Assembly: GCA_030390025.1 (NCBI GenBank) | Contig: CM059432.1 | Location: 73,410,001-73,474,000, forward strand | Source of the DNA: Squalus acanthias | Lineage: Eukaryota | Direction of reading: 5' to 3' | Length of the DNA: 64,000 nucleotides | Part shown: positions 1-11,420 of the stretch, one piece after another | Layout of the letters: each line of letters begins with the position of its first letter | How positions within the stretch are numbered: the stretch's first letter is position 1 | Made by a program: the position numbers and the translations under genes | The notes under the pieces: model-generated | Database searches by the model: none | The model's input: only the letters and a program-made list of their open reading frames with translations | Told to the model about the DNA's origin: nothing

Positions 1-8
1 ACTGCAGC

Positions 9-1840
9 ATGTGGTCGTTTGTGGTGAGCATCGCGATCCCGGATGACCTCATCTGCAGTAAATGTCTGCAACTCGAGGAACCTCAGCTCAGAGTTGTTAG
101 GCTGGAGTCTGAGGTTGAGACATTGCGGGGCATCAGGGAGAGGGAGAGTTACCTGGACACTTTGATCCAGGAGGCAGTCACACCCTTTAGATTAGGTAGT
201 GGTACAGGTTTGGCTAATGGTCAGGGACAGGAGGGTGTGACTGCAACTCAGGCAGGTAAGGGGACCCCAGGTGGAGCAGCCTCAGCCTTTGCCCTTGTCC
301 AACAGGTACGAGGTTCTTGCTGCTTGTTTCTGGAAAAGTGATGTCAGAGGAGTGGTGGAGCCCGAGCAACTACTGCCAAGTGATTAATTTATTTTATAAC
401 TAAGTAAAGTGTATAATTTATTATATAATTAAGTTTAGTGTTTTATTAATGCGATGTCAGTGGAGTGGTGGAGCCCAAGGGCAATGTCTGCATGGTAGAT
501 GAGCAAATAGACTACAGCACCGTGGTACAGGAGGCCATTCAAGTTGAGGGGGTGAAAAGGAATGTTGTAGTGGTCGGGGACAGTATAGTCAAGGGAATAG
601 ATACTATTCTCTACAGCCGCGAGCGGGAGTTCCAAAAGTTGTGTTGCCTGCCCTGCTCTCCTCGCGGCTGGAGAAGAACTTGGAGTGGGAGGGAGATGAT
701 CCAGTTTTTGTGGTCCTCGTAGGAACCAATGACATAGGTAGAACTAGGAATGAGGTTCTGCTGAGGGAGTTTGAGGAGCTAGTGTCAAAATTAATACGCA
801 GAACCTCACAGGTAATAATCTCTGGAATGTTACCTGAGCCACACGCAAATTGGCATAGGGACAAAAGGAGAAAAATTCGGTTGGTTAGTGCCTCCCGTTA
901 GCACCTCTGGTGCCGCTCGTGAAATTGACCAGATGTTTTGCAGTGGCGCTAAACACTACCAGCTCAATCTCCTGCGCCCGGAGATCATGACATCAGTTGA
1001 GTGTGCAATGCCCCGGTAGTGCCCCGGACCGGATATTGAGATGCGCCCCCTGCCTTAGCACCTGCTAGTAGGAACGACAGGTAGAGGGGAATGTTTTCAA
1101 GTCAGGAAGGGGCTGGGGGAGCGCTATTTAAAGGCGGACGCTTCCTGCCTTTACTTGTTGGCAAAATTTTTGGTACACACAGGTTGAGAGGGAGAGAGAC
1201 GTCTGGAGAGATTTAACGCTGTCCTAAGGAGTTTTGGCTCTTAGCATTGAGGTTCCTAAGCGCCGAGCTCTCTCCCTGGGCCTATCCATTAGTGCTTCCA
1301 ACACAATTGCTTTAGAGGTCTCTCCAGGCCGAGATTCAAGGCTGCAGGTAGCAGGGTGTGGCTGGCCAGCAAGATGGCCCCTCCCCTTTAAGAACTGGAC
1401 AGTGCCAGTCTGTCTGGCTTCCATGGTAACTGACGTCGCCTGAGCTTCGGTAGCATTCTGAGGTAGCGCCTCGCTCCTTGACGTTTGCGCCTTAAGAGAG
1501 GGGTGTAGCGCCTGATTTACCGCTCAAATCACCTCCAGGGGCGATAGAGGCGAATTTTGCAGTTGGAGGCGATAATTAGCACCGGGCGCTAAACTTTGTG
1601 CCTGGCCGATATTAGAGCCCCAAAATGGGTGATACCCAATTTTTCCCCCAAACAAATTAGAAGGTTAAATGCATGGCTAAAAGAGTGGAGTGGGAGGCAG
1701 GGGTTTCGATTCATGGGGCATTGACACCAGTACTGGGAAAAGAGGGAGCTGTTCTGTTGAGTCAGGCTCCACTTAAACCTGGCTGGGACCAGTGTCCTGG
1801 CAAATCAAATAACAAAGGCGGTAGATAAAGCTGTAAACTA
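9..1840 (+). pseudogene. CR1 ORF1 (zinc finger/coiled coil + SGNH esterase), frameshifted and split by a MITE
   Basis: ORFs 9-341, 465-722, 641-901; removing 866-1649 and one AAA restores ...NWHRDK-QIRRLNAWLK. Confidence 0.85.
866..1649 (+). mobile_element. Non-autonomous PIF/Harbinger element, same family as 44844 and 61552
   Basis: TIRs AGGAGAAAAATTCGG / CCCAATTTTTCCCCC; TSD AAA at 863-865 and 1650-1652; host reading frame restored on removal. Confidence 0.9.
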
Positions 1841-3450
1841 AGGAAGGGGTGTGGGAGGATTCAGGAAAGGTTAAATTCAAAAGCAGTAAGAGAAATGTCA
1901 AGGCTGTAGAGCAGAGTAAAGATTTGGGTAAAAATAAGCAGAGTTGGTCAGAAGGGACAGAGAGCATAACTCAGGTAATAGGGCATGAGACACTAAGGTG
2001 ACATCTGGGAAACATAGAAACAAGTTAAAGCTAAAGGCATTATATTTGAATGTGCGAAGCATCCGCAACAAAATAGATGAATTAATATCACAGATAGAAA
2101 GAAATGGGTTTGATCTAATAGCCATTATGGAGACGTGATTGCAGAGTGACCAAGGTTGGGAACTAAATATTCCAGGATACTTGACTTTTAGAAGAGATAG
2201 GCAAAATGGAAAAGGGGGGTGGGGGCGGTGGATGGGTGGGAGGGGCGTGTAGCCCTGATAATAAGGGATGGGAGAAAGACAGTAGAGAAAAAGGATCTTG
2301 GCTCGGAAAATTAAGATGTAGAATTAGTTTGGGTGCAGCTAAGAAACAATAAGTGGCAAAAAACACTGGTGGGATTAGTTTATAGGCCTCCTAACAGTAG
2401 TTGTAGTGTCAGAGAGAGAATAAATCAGGAAATTATAGGTGCATGTAACAAGGGTAATACAGTAATCATGGGGGACTTTAATCTTCATATAGACTGGGCA
2501 AACCAAATTTGCAGTAATAGTGTGGAGGACGAGTTCATGGAATATATTAAAGATAGTTTTCTAGATCTAGTATGTTGAGGAACCAACTGGGGAACAGGCT
2601 ATTTTGGATCTATATTGCGCAATGAGAAAGGGTTAATGAATAACCTTGTATCAAAGGCGCCTCTGGGGAACAGTGATCATAATATGATAGAATTTTGTAT
2701 TTAGTTTGAGAGTGATTTAGTTAAGTCCGAAACTAGGGTCTTAAATCCGAACAAAGCAAACTATGTAGGTATGAGGGGCGAGTTGGCTAAGGTACATTGA
2801 GAAACTAGATTAAAAGATATGATGGTAGATAAGCAATGGCAAACAGTTAAAGAATTACTTCATGATTCACAATGAATATACATTCCCCTAAGGAATAAAA
2901 ATCCCACGGGAATAGTGGTTCTACCGTGGCTAACAAGAGGAGTTAAAGATAGTATTAGATTAAAGGAAGAGGCTTATAATGTTGCCAAAAAGAGTAGTAA
3001 GCCTGAGGATTGGGAGAATTTTAGAATTCAGCAAAGGATGACCAAGATATTGATAAAGAAAGAGAAAAGAGAATATGAGAGTAAACTAGCAAGAGACACA
3101 ACAACAGATTGTGAAAGTTTCCATTGGTATGTAAAAAGGAAGGGATTAGTGAAAGTAAATGTGGGTCTCTTAGAGGCAGAGACAGGAGAAATTATAATTG
3201 GGAATAAGGAAAAGGCAGAGACATTAAACAAATGCTTTGGCCGGAATTTTCCCAATCCCAAGCATTCTGGTTTGGGGGTGGGTCAGCAGTAAAAATCGTC
3301 GAAATTGCCAGTGCGCCATTATCCCACCAACTTCCGCATTTAACTCGGGCGCATTTCCCAGTGCACCACGGACCCATTCGGCAGAGGCAGGCGACCTCAT
3401 TGAAGTACTTAACTGCTTGTTGAGAGATCCTTAAGAGGCTTTTTAACATT

Positions 3451-4193
3451 GGCCCAGAAATTGATCTCGCTCTGTTCCCGCGGGGGTAAGCCTTCCCCGC
3501 GATCTCTCACCTCGCTTGTGCTTTTTCAGATCCAGCTCGCACGAACTTGATGTTCCAGACATCAGCCGGGCAGTGCTTGCGTATCCCACCGGCGTAGTGA
3601 ATTCGTGCGAGCTGTGGGATCACGTGACTCAGTTAGAGCCAATGGCAGCACACCATCTTCCATTCATAAGTTTCACAGACGTGCTGTGAAATCTATGAAT
3701 CTTACACCCCCCCAAAATAACAGCTAAACCTCAATTAAATTTTAAAAAAAAACATCACATTAATAAAATAAGAATAGTTAAATAAATTAACCATTTTAAA
3801 TAAAAAATTAAATTTTTGAAAAAATTTAAAATCTTTTAAAAAGTTATAAAAATAAACTTACCTGTCTTTAAAGTCTCTAAAAAAGATATACCTGTAAAAA
3901 AAAATTCAAAAAAATACTTAATTCACTACTTACCTTGTTAAAAGCGGGTCTTACTCCTCCTTTTTACATTTCTAAAATCTTCAGTACTTACCTGCGCGTC
4001 CAAAGCATGAAGTGCACAGCGTGCGCGCAGCCTGTAGCGCGCACGCGATGCACCGAGGAACCGCCCCCTTTTCAAAAGAGCAATTGCCGGTTTTCAGCGC
4101 ATGCGCAGGGCATGCAGAAAACCGGCAATTGGAGTGGGAATACACGAGAGTACGCAGTGCGTACTCTCGCGCACCGGGATGAATTTTTGGGCC
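3451..4193. mobile_element. Harbinger-type MITE nested in 3239-5939
   Basis: TIRs GGCCCAGAAATTG / GAATTTTTGGGCC; TSD ATT at 3448-3450 and 4194-4196; AT-rich core shared with 14542-15775. Confidence 0.9.
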
Positions 4194-4521
4194 ATTATGT
4201 TTTGGCTTTAACTTCTTGAGCACGGGATTCACGCATCTTGGGAACCTCACCTGTGAAGGGGAGGTGGAAGCTCAGTGGCCATTGTGCGAGGACATTAATT
4301 GACAGCTGGGAAAAACACATAAATGTTCCCTCATTACACCTGCTTACTTGGCTAATGGAAAGGCTCTTACTGACTCCATTTTGTGCAGAGATTTAGCTGT
4401 CAGGAGTTTGCAGGTCATTTCTGCAACCTCGGAAGCCACTCTCACCACATTATTGTCATCATCAGTACATTGAAGGATTGTGGCTCTGATCTCCACTTTA
4501 CCTGCCATCTATTACATCAGC

Positions 4522-5759
4522 ATGGGTGCCGCTTATGCTGCCTCACCTTGGACCTCAGATTCAGACCAAGATGAGTCCCAGCACCAACAACACCAGCCAC
4601 ACCAGCAACTGCAGCAACAACACCAGCAGCCATCTCCTCAACGACCTGATGCTCCACAGGAGAGAGGGGGGCACCACAGGGCTGCACTGCGCCGGAGGCG
4701 ATACCCCCAACACAGGGTATACAGGCAGAGGATGAGCTTCCTGGACATGACTGAACTGCACTGCTTCAGGAGGCTCAGGCTATCGCGCCAGGTCGTCACA
4801 GACATTTGTAGCTTGCTGGAACAAGACCTGCTGCCCAGAGGACCTGGTGGACACTCCTTAGTAGTAGCTGTCAAAGTCACCACTACCCTCAACTTCTTCG
4901 CCTCAGGCTCCTTCCAGGGATCTGCAGCAGATATTTGCAGGATCTTGCAGTCGGCCGCCCACAGTTGCATCACCCAGATGACCAATGCCATGTTTGACAA
5001 GTCAGCCAATTATATCAACTTTGCCACTGATGAAGCCAGTGTTACTGAGCAGGCGCTCGGTTTTCTGGCTCTGGCTGGCTTCCCATGGATGCAGGGCATC
5101 ATCGACTGCACACATGTGGCCATCAAGGCACCCCCACATCACGCAGGAGTGTTTGTGAACCACAAGGGCTTCCACTCCCTCAATGTGCAGCTCATCTGCA
5201 ACCTTAAAAAGATCATCATGCATGTGGGGGCCAGATTCCCTGGCAGCTGTCATGAATCTTTCGTGCTGCACCAGTCCACCCTCCCTCTGCTCTTTGCACC
5301 TCCAAATAGACTTACCGGCTGGCTGCCTGGAGGCAAGGGCTATCCACTGAAGATGTGACTAATGACACCCTTGAGGAGGCCAAGTACTGAAGCCAAGGAG
5401 CATTATAATGAGAACCACATTCCAGATGTGTCATAGAGCAAGCAATAGACATGCTGAAGATGCGCTTCAGATGCCTTGACAGATCCGGAGGAGCCTTTCA
5501 GTACATACCAGCCAGGGTCTCCAGAATCAACGTCGTTTGCTGCGCTCTGCACCACATAGCGCAGCAGCGAGGATTGGAGCTGCAGAAAGAACAAGGAGCA
5601 GAGTGCACAGCCTCTTCAGAGGAGAAGGAGAAGGAGGAGGAACAGGTGCAAGATGATGATGAGGAGGAGGAGGAACCTGAGGTAGAGATGGCACCAGCAG
5701 TGGTGCACATTGCTGCCCGGGTGGCCCGGGATGGCCTCATAATGGCCAGATTTACTTAA
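4522..5759 (+). pseudogene. Harbinger DDE transposase (HARBI1-like), inactivated
   Basis: [17 protein letters not shown] and LKMRFRCL motifs; premature TGA at 5356-5358, frameshift near 5420, LLGDKGY mutated to LPGGKGY. Confidence 0.9.
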
Positions 5760-6310
5760 CTTGCTCCAATGCGCTGAAAATTAGTCATCTGTGGCGTCAT
5801 CAGACCCGTTCCATTTAAGTGGGCCGGGAAACGTGCAGGACTGTTTTAATTGGGGCCATTAAGTTAAACAGGCACTGTAGAACGCGCCGTTCACATCTTC
5901 GGATGCACACAACCCCACTCCGAGGTAAACATTCCGGCCTTTGTATCAGTCTTCACGGTAGAAGACTCAAATAACATGCCGGAAATTGTGGGGAACCAAT
6001 GGTCTAGCAAGAACGAGGATTGCAAAGAAATTAGTATTAGTAAAGAAATAGTACTCAAAAAATTAATGGGACTAAAAGTTGACAAATCCCCTGGACCTGA
6101 TGGCCTACATCCTAGGGTTTTAAAAGAGGTAGCTACAGAGATAGTGGATGCATTGGTTTTGATCTTCCAGAATTCCCTAGATTCTAGAAAGGTCCCCATG
6201 TAGCAGGTAGCAAATGTAACCCTGCAATTCAAGAAAGGAGAGAGAGAATAAACAGGGAACTATAGGCTAGCTAGCCTGACATCAGTAGTAGGGCAAATAA
6301 TAGAATCTAT

Positions 6311-6339
6311 CCATCATCCGCAGTATTTTGCTTTTGTAC
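6311..6339 (+). mobile_element. 29-bp retro-insertion (probable Penelope-type 3' end) inside CR1 ORF2
   Basis: Flanked by a perfect 10-bp duplication TAGAATCTAT (6301-6310, 6340-6349); donor assignment is from recollection of shark PLE tails. Confidence 0.6.
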
Positions 6340-7943
6340 TAGAATCTATTATTAGGGACATGGTAACAGGGCACTTAGAAAATCATAATATGATTGGGCA
6401 GAGTCGGCACAGATTTATGAAAGGGAAATCGTGTTTGACAAATCTGTTGGAGTTTTTTGAGGTTGTAACTAGCAGAATAGATAAGGGGGAACCAGTGTAT
6501 TTGGATTTTCAAAAAGCATTCGATAAGATGCCACACAAGAGGTTATTGCACAAAATTAGGGCTCATGGGATTGGGGGCAATATATTAGCATGGATTGAGG
6601 ATTGGTTAACAGACAGAAAAGAGAGAGTAGGAATAAACGAGTTATTTTCTGGTTGGCAGGCTGTGACTAGTGCAGTACCGCAAGGATCAGTGCTTGAGCC
6701 TCAACTATTTACAATCTATATCAATGACTTATATGAGGGGACCGAGTATAATGTGTCCAAGTTTGCTGATGATACAAAGTTAGGTAGGAAAGTAAGCTAT
6801 GTGGAGGATGCAAATAGGCTGCAAAGGAATATAGACAGTTTAAGTGAGTGGGCAAGAACATGGCAAATGGAATATAATGTGGGGAAATGTGAAGTTATCC
6901 ACTCTGGTAGGAAAAATAGAAAAGCAGAATATTTTTTGAATGGTGAGAGACTGGGAAATGTTGGCATTCAGAGAGACCTGGATGTCCTTGTACACGAATC
7001 ACAGAAAGTTAACATGCAGGTACAGCAAGCAATTAGGAAAGCAAATGGTATGTTCGCCTTTATTACAAAGAGATTGGAGTATAAGGGTAAAGAAGTTTTA
7101 CTATAATTATATAGGGCCTTGGTGGGACCACACCTGGAGTACTGTGTACAGTTTTGGTCTCCTTACCTAAGGAAGGATATACTTGCCTTAGCGGGAGTGC
7201 AACAAAGGTTCACTAGACTGATTCCGGGGATGAGTGGATTGTCCTATAAGGAGAGATTGAGTAGACTAGGCCTATAGTTTAGAAGAATGAGAGGTGATCT
7301 CATTGAAACAAAAAAAAAATCTTTAGGGGCTTGCAGGGTAGATGATGGGAGGATGTTTTCCCTGGCTGGGGAGTCTAGAACTTGGGGTCACAGTCTCAGA
7401 ATAAGGGGTCAGCCATTTTGGACTGAGATGAGGAGAAATTTCTCCACTCAAAGGTTTGTGAATCTTTGGCATTCTCTACCCCAGAGAGCTGTGGATGCTC
7501 AGTCGTTGAGTATATTCAAGACAGAGATCGATAGATTTTTGGAACTAAGGGAATCAAGTGATATGGGGATAGTGCGGGAAGATGGAGTTGAGGTAGAAGA
7601 TCAGCCATGATCTTATTGAATGGCGGAGCAGGCTCGAGGGGCCAAATAGCCTACTCCTGCTCCTAATTTTTATATGTTCTTAGCATTCTGGCAGCTTCTT
7701 AGAAATGGTCTTGCAATAACAATGACTATATCCAACATGAAAATGTGAAAATGATTTCCAGTAAAGTTTGGCAAATGGATTGGGAGATGGCAAAAATAAA
7801 CTGCTTACTAATAAAGTCAACATAATTTAGCAGAATCGCAGTTATATTTTTCTTGCATCATGGTGCAATTCATCATTTTAGCATATAATTTTTCTAACCA
7901 CTCTAAATAGGGCATCATTATCTCTTGTAAACTTGAGAGCTAG

Positions 7944-9615
7944 TGTAAGGGGTTTCTTGTCGTGCTTGTGTCGCAGACGGTGCTGGTGCGAGGTTAGGCC
8001 TTCGTTGCCTAATACTATTGCTTGCTCTGGTCTCCGGCCAGCCTTGTTGCAAGAAGCACCTGTGAGTGGTTCGACCCACTCGCCCTTACGGTTCTAATAC
8101 TGGACTTAGGTGTGAGAGCAGTAATGCAGAGAAAAACTCAAATAGACCCGGTTGAATAGTACGAAATGGAAATCTTTATTGCATAGCGTCCAAAATCATG
8201 AAGTACATGTCATAGGCGCAAATTAACGAGAGTCCAAGTATACATACATTCATAAAGCTTGGTCTATGGTAATGAAGAACGCACGGCACATCGTAAAAAG
8301 GGGAACACATTATACTTTATCCTTAATAAAACCACCCTCCCTTATCAATACCTACACTACATCTAGATTTGTAGGATCGGGAAACATGCTCACCACTCGT
8401 GATACTTCGGAGAATTTTAAAGTGAGGCACTCGGCTCGTTTCGCTGCAGCGCCTGACTGTCACGTGTTTGGAGGGGTCTCTGTACCCCACTTGTTTATCT
8501 TCACTGCTGCGGCAAGCAGGCTGGGCTCCCCGTTGTCATGAAGAACTCGACAGGACTCGGGCCCGGCTGTAGAACTCAAAGAAAAGTCTTCCTGTACCGA
8601 CACCAGTTATCTGTAGAATTCAAAGAAGAGCCTTTGACCGGTTCGTGCAATAACCTGTAGAATTCAAGAAGTGGGTCCTATATTTTCGGGCGCGGTCGGG
8701 GTTTACTGACCGCGGCGGCACGTGGATTCTTCTTCTTTTCTTGTCATTTCGTCTTGTCTTGTTGGGCCTTCGGGTCCAAACACCGTTTACCGACTCTCGG
8801 GATGGTGCACCCGGTCACTTGCCTTCGTCGAGGCGGCTCGTTCCGATTGAGCTCCACCCAACATTTGAATAACCGTCCAGTGCGGCTAAAGTCCAGAGTC
8901 AACAGAGTCCAGAGAAACACAGAAGGCTGCTCGTCCAGCAGAGCGATACCCGAGGATCAGAATAGGAGAATAAGAGTTCAGCCCGAGTCAAGAGTCAGCA
9001 GAGATAAGAGACCGATGGACATTTGTTCACTATAGTTATAGTGCTGTGTTCCCTTATCTCCCGCCCAAATCTTAATGTTTGTCCTTTGTGAAATATTGGC
9101 ACTCAAAACTCCCAGCATGGGGCGATTCTTGTCTTTAACGGGTTTCGGTAGCACCTGAAACTGGCCAACTACCCGTTAATGTTTTTCCCCATTGTCGAAC
9201 TGGCTAGGAGTCTCCCTGACTGGTTTTGGGGCCTCCTCGAATACTGACTTAATCACCTGTGAATGGCTCTCTCATTGTAGAGCCGTGGGGGTATTTGTGT
9301 ATTGATGTGTCTTTACTTGTGCATGGAAAACGATTCCAGCACTCATATCTTTTGCTATTGTCACAAATGCAAACAGGTTGCATCCTGTCTTTATCAGTGC
9401 TTATCGAGTATGATCCCGTCTTATATTGAAATGTTTATTCGAACGCCATCTTGTCTGCCCACTGTAATTCTGGAAGCTTCTGCCACGATGCGCGGTGGCC
9501 ATTTTACAGGCTTCTGTGTCCTTTATATCATGACAGCATTTCGTTTAAATAAACTGATCAAACGAATCTGCTTCTATCTTGTTATTTCGAATCGCGATAA
9601 TTGCGAAACTTTACA
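7944..9615 (-). mobile_element. Solo LTR (retrovirus or LTR retrotransposon), 1672 bp
   Basis: TGTAAGG...CTTTACA termini; flanks CTAG/TTAG (4-bp TSD, 1 mismatch); CpG-rich relative to flanks; minus-strand AATAAA (8175-8180) and TATAA (about 9036-9040). Confidence 0.7.
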
Positions 9616-10560
9616 TTAGATTTTCTTTTTAAATGCTGTATTTCTTCAAGCATCTACCCAACCTAATAACCAACATATAACTAGCTATCAGCAAACAAAC
9701 AAGCAATCATATTTCAGAAGCAGCAGGGCTGAGAGATGATTTGAATTCTATCGAAATTTGAAATTAACTCTTTTCTGTTTGTGTATTGATATATGAAAGT
9801 CCAAAAAAATGTCTTTTATTTCTAAACCATGATGAATGATATTGAAACATTCTAAGGAAATGATCATTATGACTATTATATTCAACACTATAATTCAGTC
9901 AGGGTTATATTTGCTGAGTATCTAGAGAAGAAACTAGGCTGTTTAAGGTTGCACTGAGCTACACACTGGCAAAGACCCAACACAATAATTATGCCGTATT
10001 GTGCACAGCTAAGAGAAACAGTCACATTTACCAAAGTACTCACTGTAATGACAGATAAAGAGGCACAGAGGAATTTTCTGACTTCAGATTCGCATGAACT
10101 ATAGCCAAACTGCAGAAGGGACTGAGTTCAATAAGAAAATGTCATTCACCATGTCATTTTAACATAAGATTCAGTAAGAACATAGAAAAGTAAAAATAAG
10201 GAAAGTTCATTCAATCCATCGAGACCATTTAATCATTTAGGTCAATGTTTGGAACCTTCTTGGACTATTTTCTTCTTTCTCTTGTTTGGCACCAAACCTA
10301 TATCCCTTCGCTCTCTGAAGAAACAGGAATCATTTTACTGCTCCGAGTCCTCACATTGCATTAAATGCAATAATTCCACATGGTGATCAGTATAGCTGCC
10401 ATGCACATGCCTATGTTCAGCAAATGTGATGAATCACAACATTGTGCCATGTGCAACACCTCATGCACATGTAGTTCCATGCATTGGACCAATTTGGTTC
10501 TAACTGCAATTTAACTGCAATATTATTTACTTAATACAAGGAATCCTTTTATTTTATCCT

Positions 10561-11420
10561 GTAATTTATTTAGATTTCCAAAAGGCTTTCGATAAGATGC
10601 TACATAATAGACTAATGAATAAGGTCAGAGCATGCGGAGTCAGGGGACGAGTAGCCGAATGGATAGCTCGCTGGCTGCAAGACAGAAAGCAGAGTAGGGG
10701 TAAAGGTAGCTATTCAGAGTAGCAGAAAGTGGGAAGTGGGGTACCACAAGGATCAGTGCTGGGACCACTTTGTTTACAATTTATATTAACGATTTAGACT
10801 TTGGAATTGTAAACACAATTTCTAAATTTACAGACAACACCAAATTGGGGTGATAGTTAATACTGAGGAGGACTGCAACAAATTACAAGAAGACATTAAT
10901 AAACTTGCAGAGTGGGCATATAATTGGCAAACACATTTTGACACAAATAAGTGTGAGGAATTACATTTTGGCAAGAAAAATAAGAACACCACATATTATT
11001 TGGAAAATAAGAATCTAAATGGGGTAGAGGAGCAAAGGAATCTGGGAGTACAAATACACAAATCACTAAAAGTAATGATGCAGGTTAATAAGGACATAAA
11101 AAACCAAACCAAGCACTAGGGTTTATTTCTAGAGAGATAGAATTGAAAAGTAGAGAAGTTATGCTATAACTTGTATCAAACCTTGGTTAGACTACACTTG
11201 GAGTACTGTATACAATTCTGGTCGCCATAGTATAAAAATGATATAGAGGCACTGGAGAGGGTGCAAAAAAGATTTACAAGGATGATACCAGAAATGTGAG
11301 TTATACCTATCAGGAAAGGGTGAACAGGCTGGGTCTCTTTTCTCTTGAAAAGAGAAGGCTGACAGGTGACCTAATAGAGGTCTTCAAAATTACAAAATGT
11401 TTTGAAAGAGTAGACACAGA
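10561..11420 (+). mobile_element. CR1 LINE RT fragment
   Basis: LDFQKAFDK, GVPQGSVLGP, LQEDINKLAEWA, RLGLFSLEKRRL motifs; stops at a Harbinger-type TIR at 11421. Confidence 0.88.

Larger units (their letters stand above)
3239..5939 (+). mobile_element. PIF/Harbinger element carrying only a transposase gene
   Basis: TIRs GGCCGGAATTTT / AACATTCCGGCC; TSD TTT at 3236-3238 and 5940-5942. Confidence 0.92.
2020..7600 (+). pseudogene. CR1 ORF2 (endonuclease + reverse transcriptase) with stops and frameshifts
   Basis: ORF fragments 2333-2578, 2915-3292, 5976-6203, 6360-7106, 7287-7610; NKCF-VSVFTVED joins across the 3239-5939 insertion; start boundary approximate. Confidence 0.9.
1..7682 (+). mobile_element. 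CR1 LINE, near full length, degenerate, interrupted by Harbinger insertions at 866-1649 and 3239-5939
   Basis: ORF1 CxxC region and SGNH esterase motifs (VVGDSIV, VGTNDIG); ORF2 APE endonuclease (LNVRSIRNK, YRPP, MGDFN) and RT (LDFQKAFD, VPQGSVL, FADDTK); 3' UTR ending in a TATGTTCTTA tail. Confidence 0.93.

Noticed and set aside
8567..8673. CRISPR array
   Set aside because: Only three short imperfect repeats, inside an LTR-like element in eukaryotic DNA, with no cas genes
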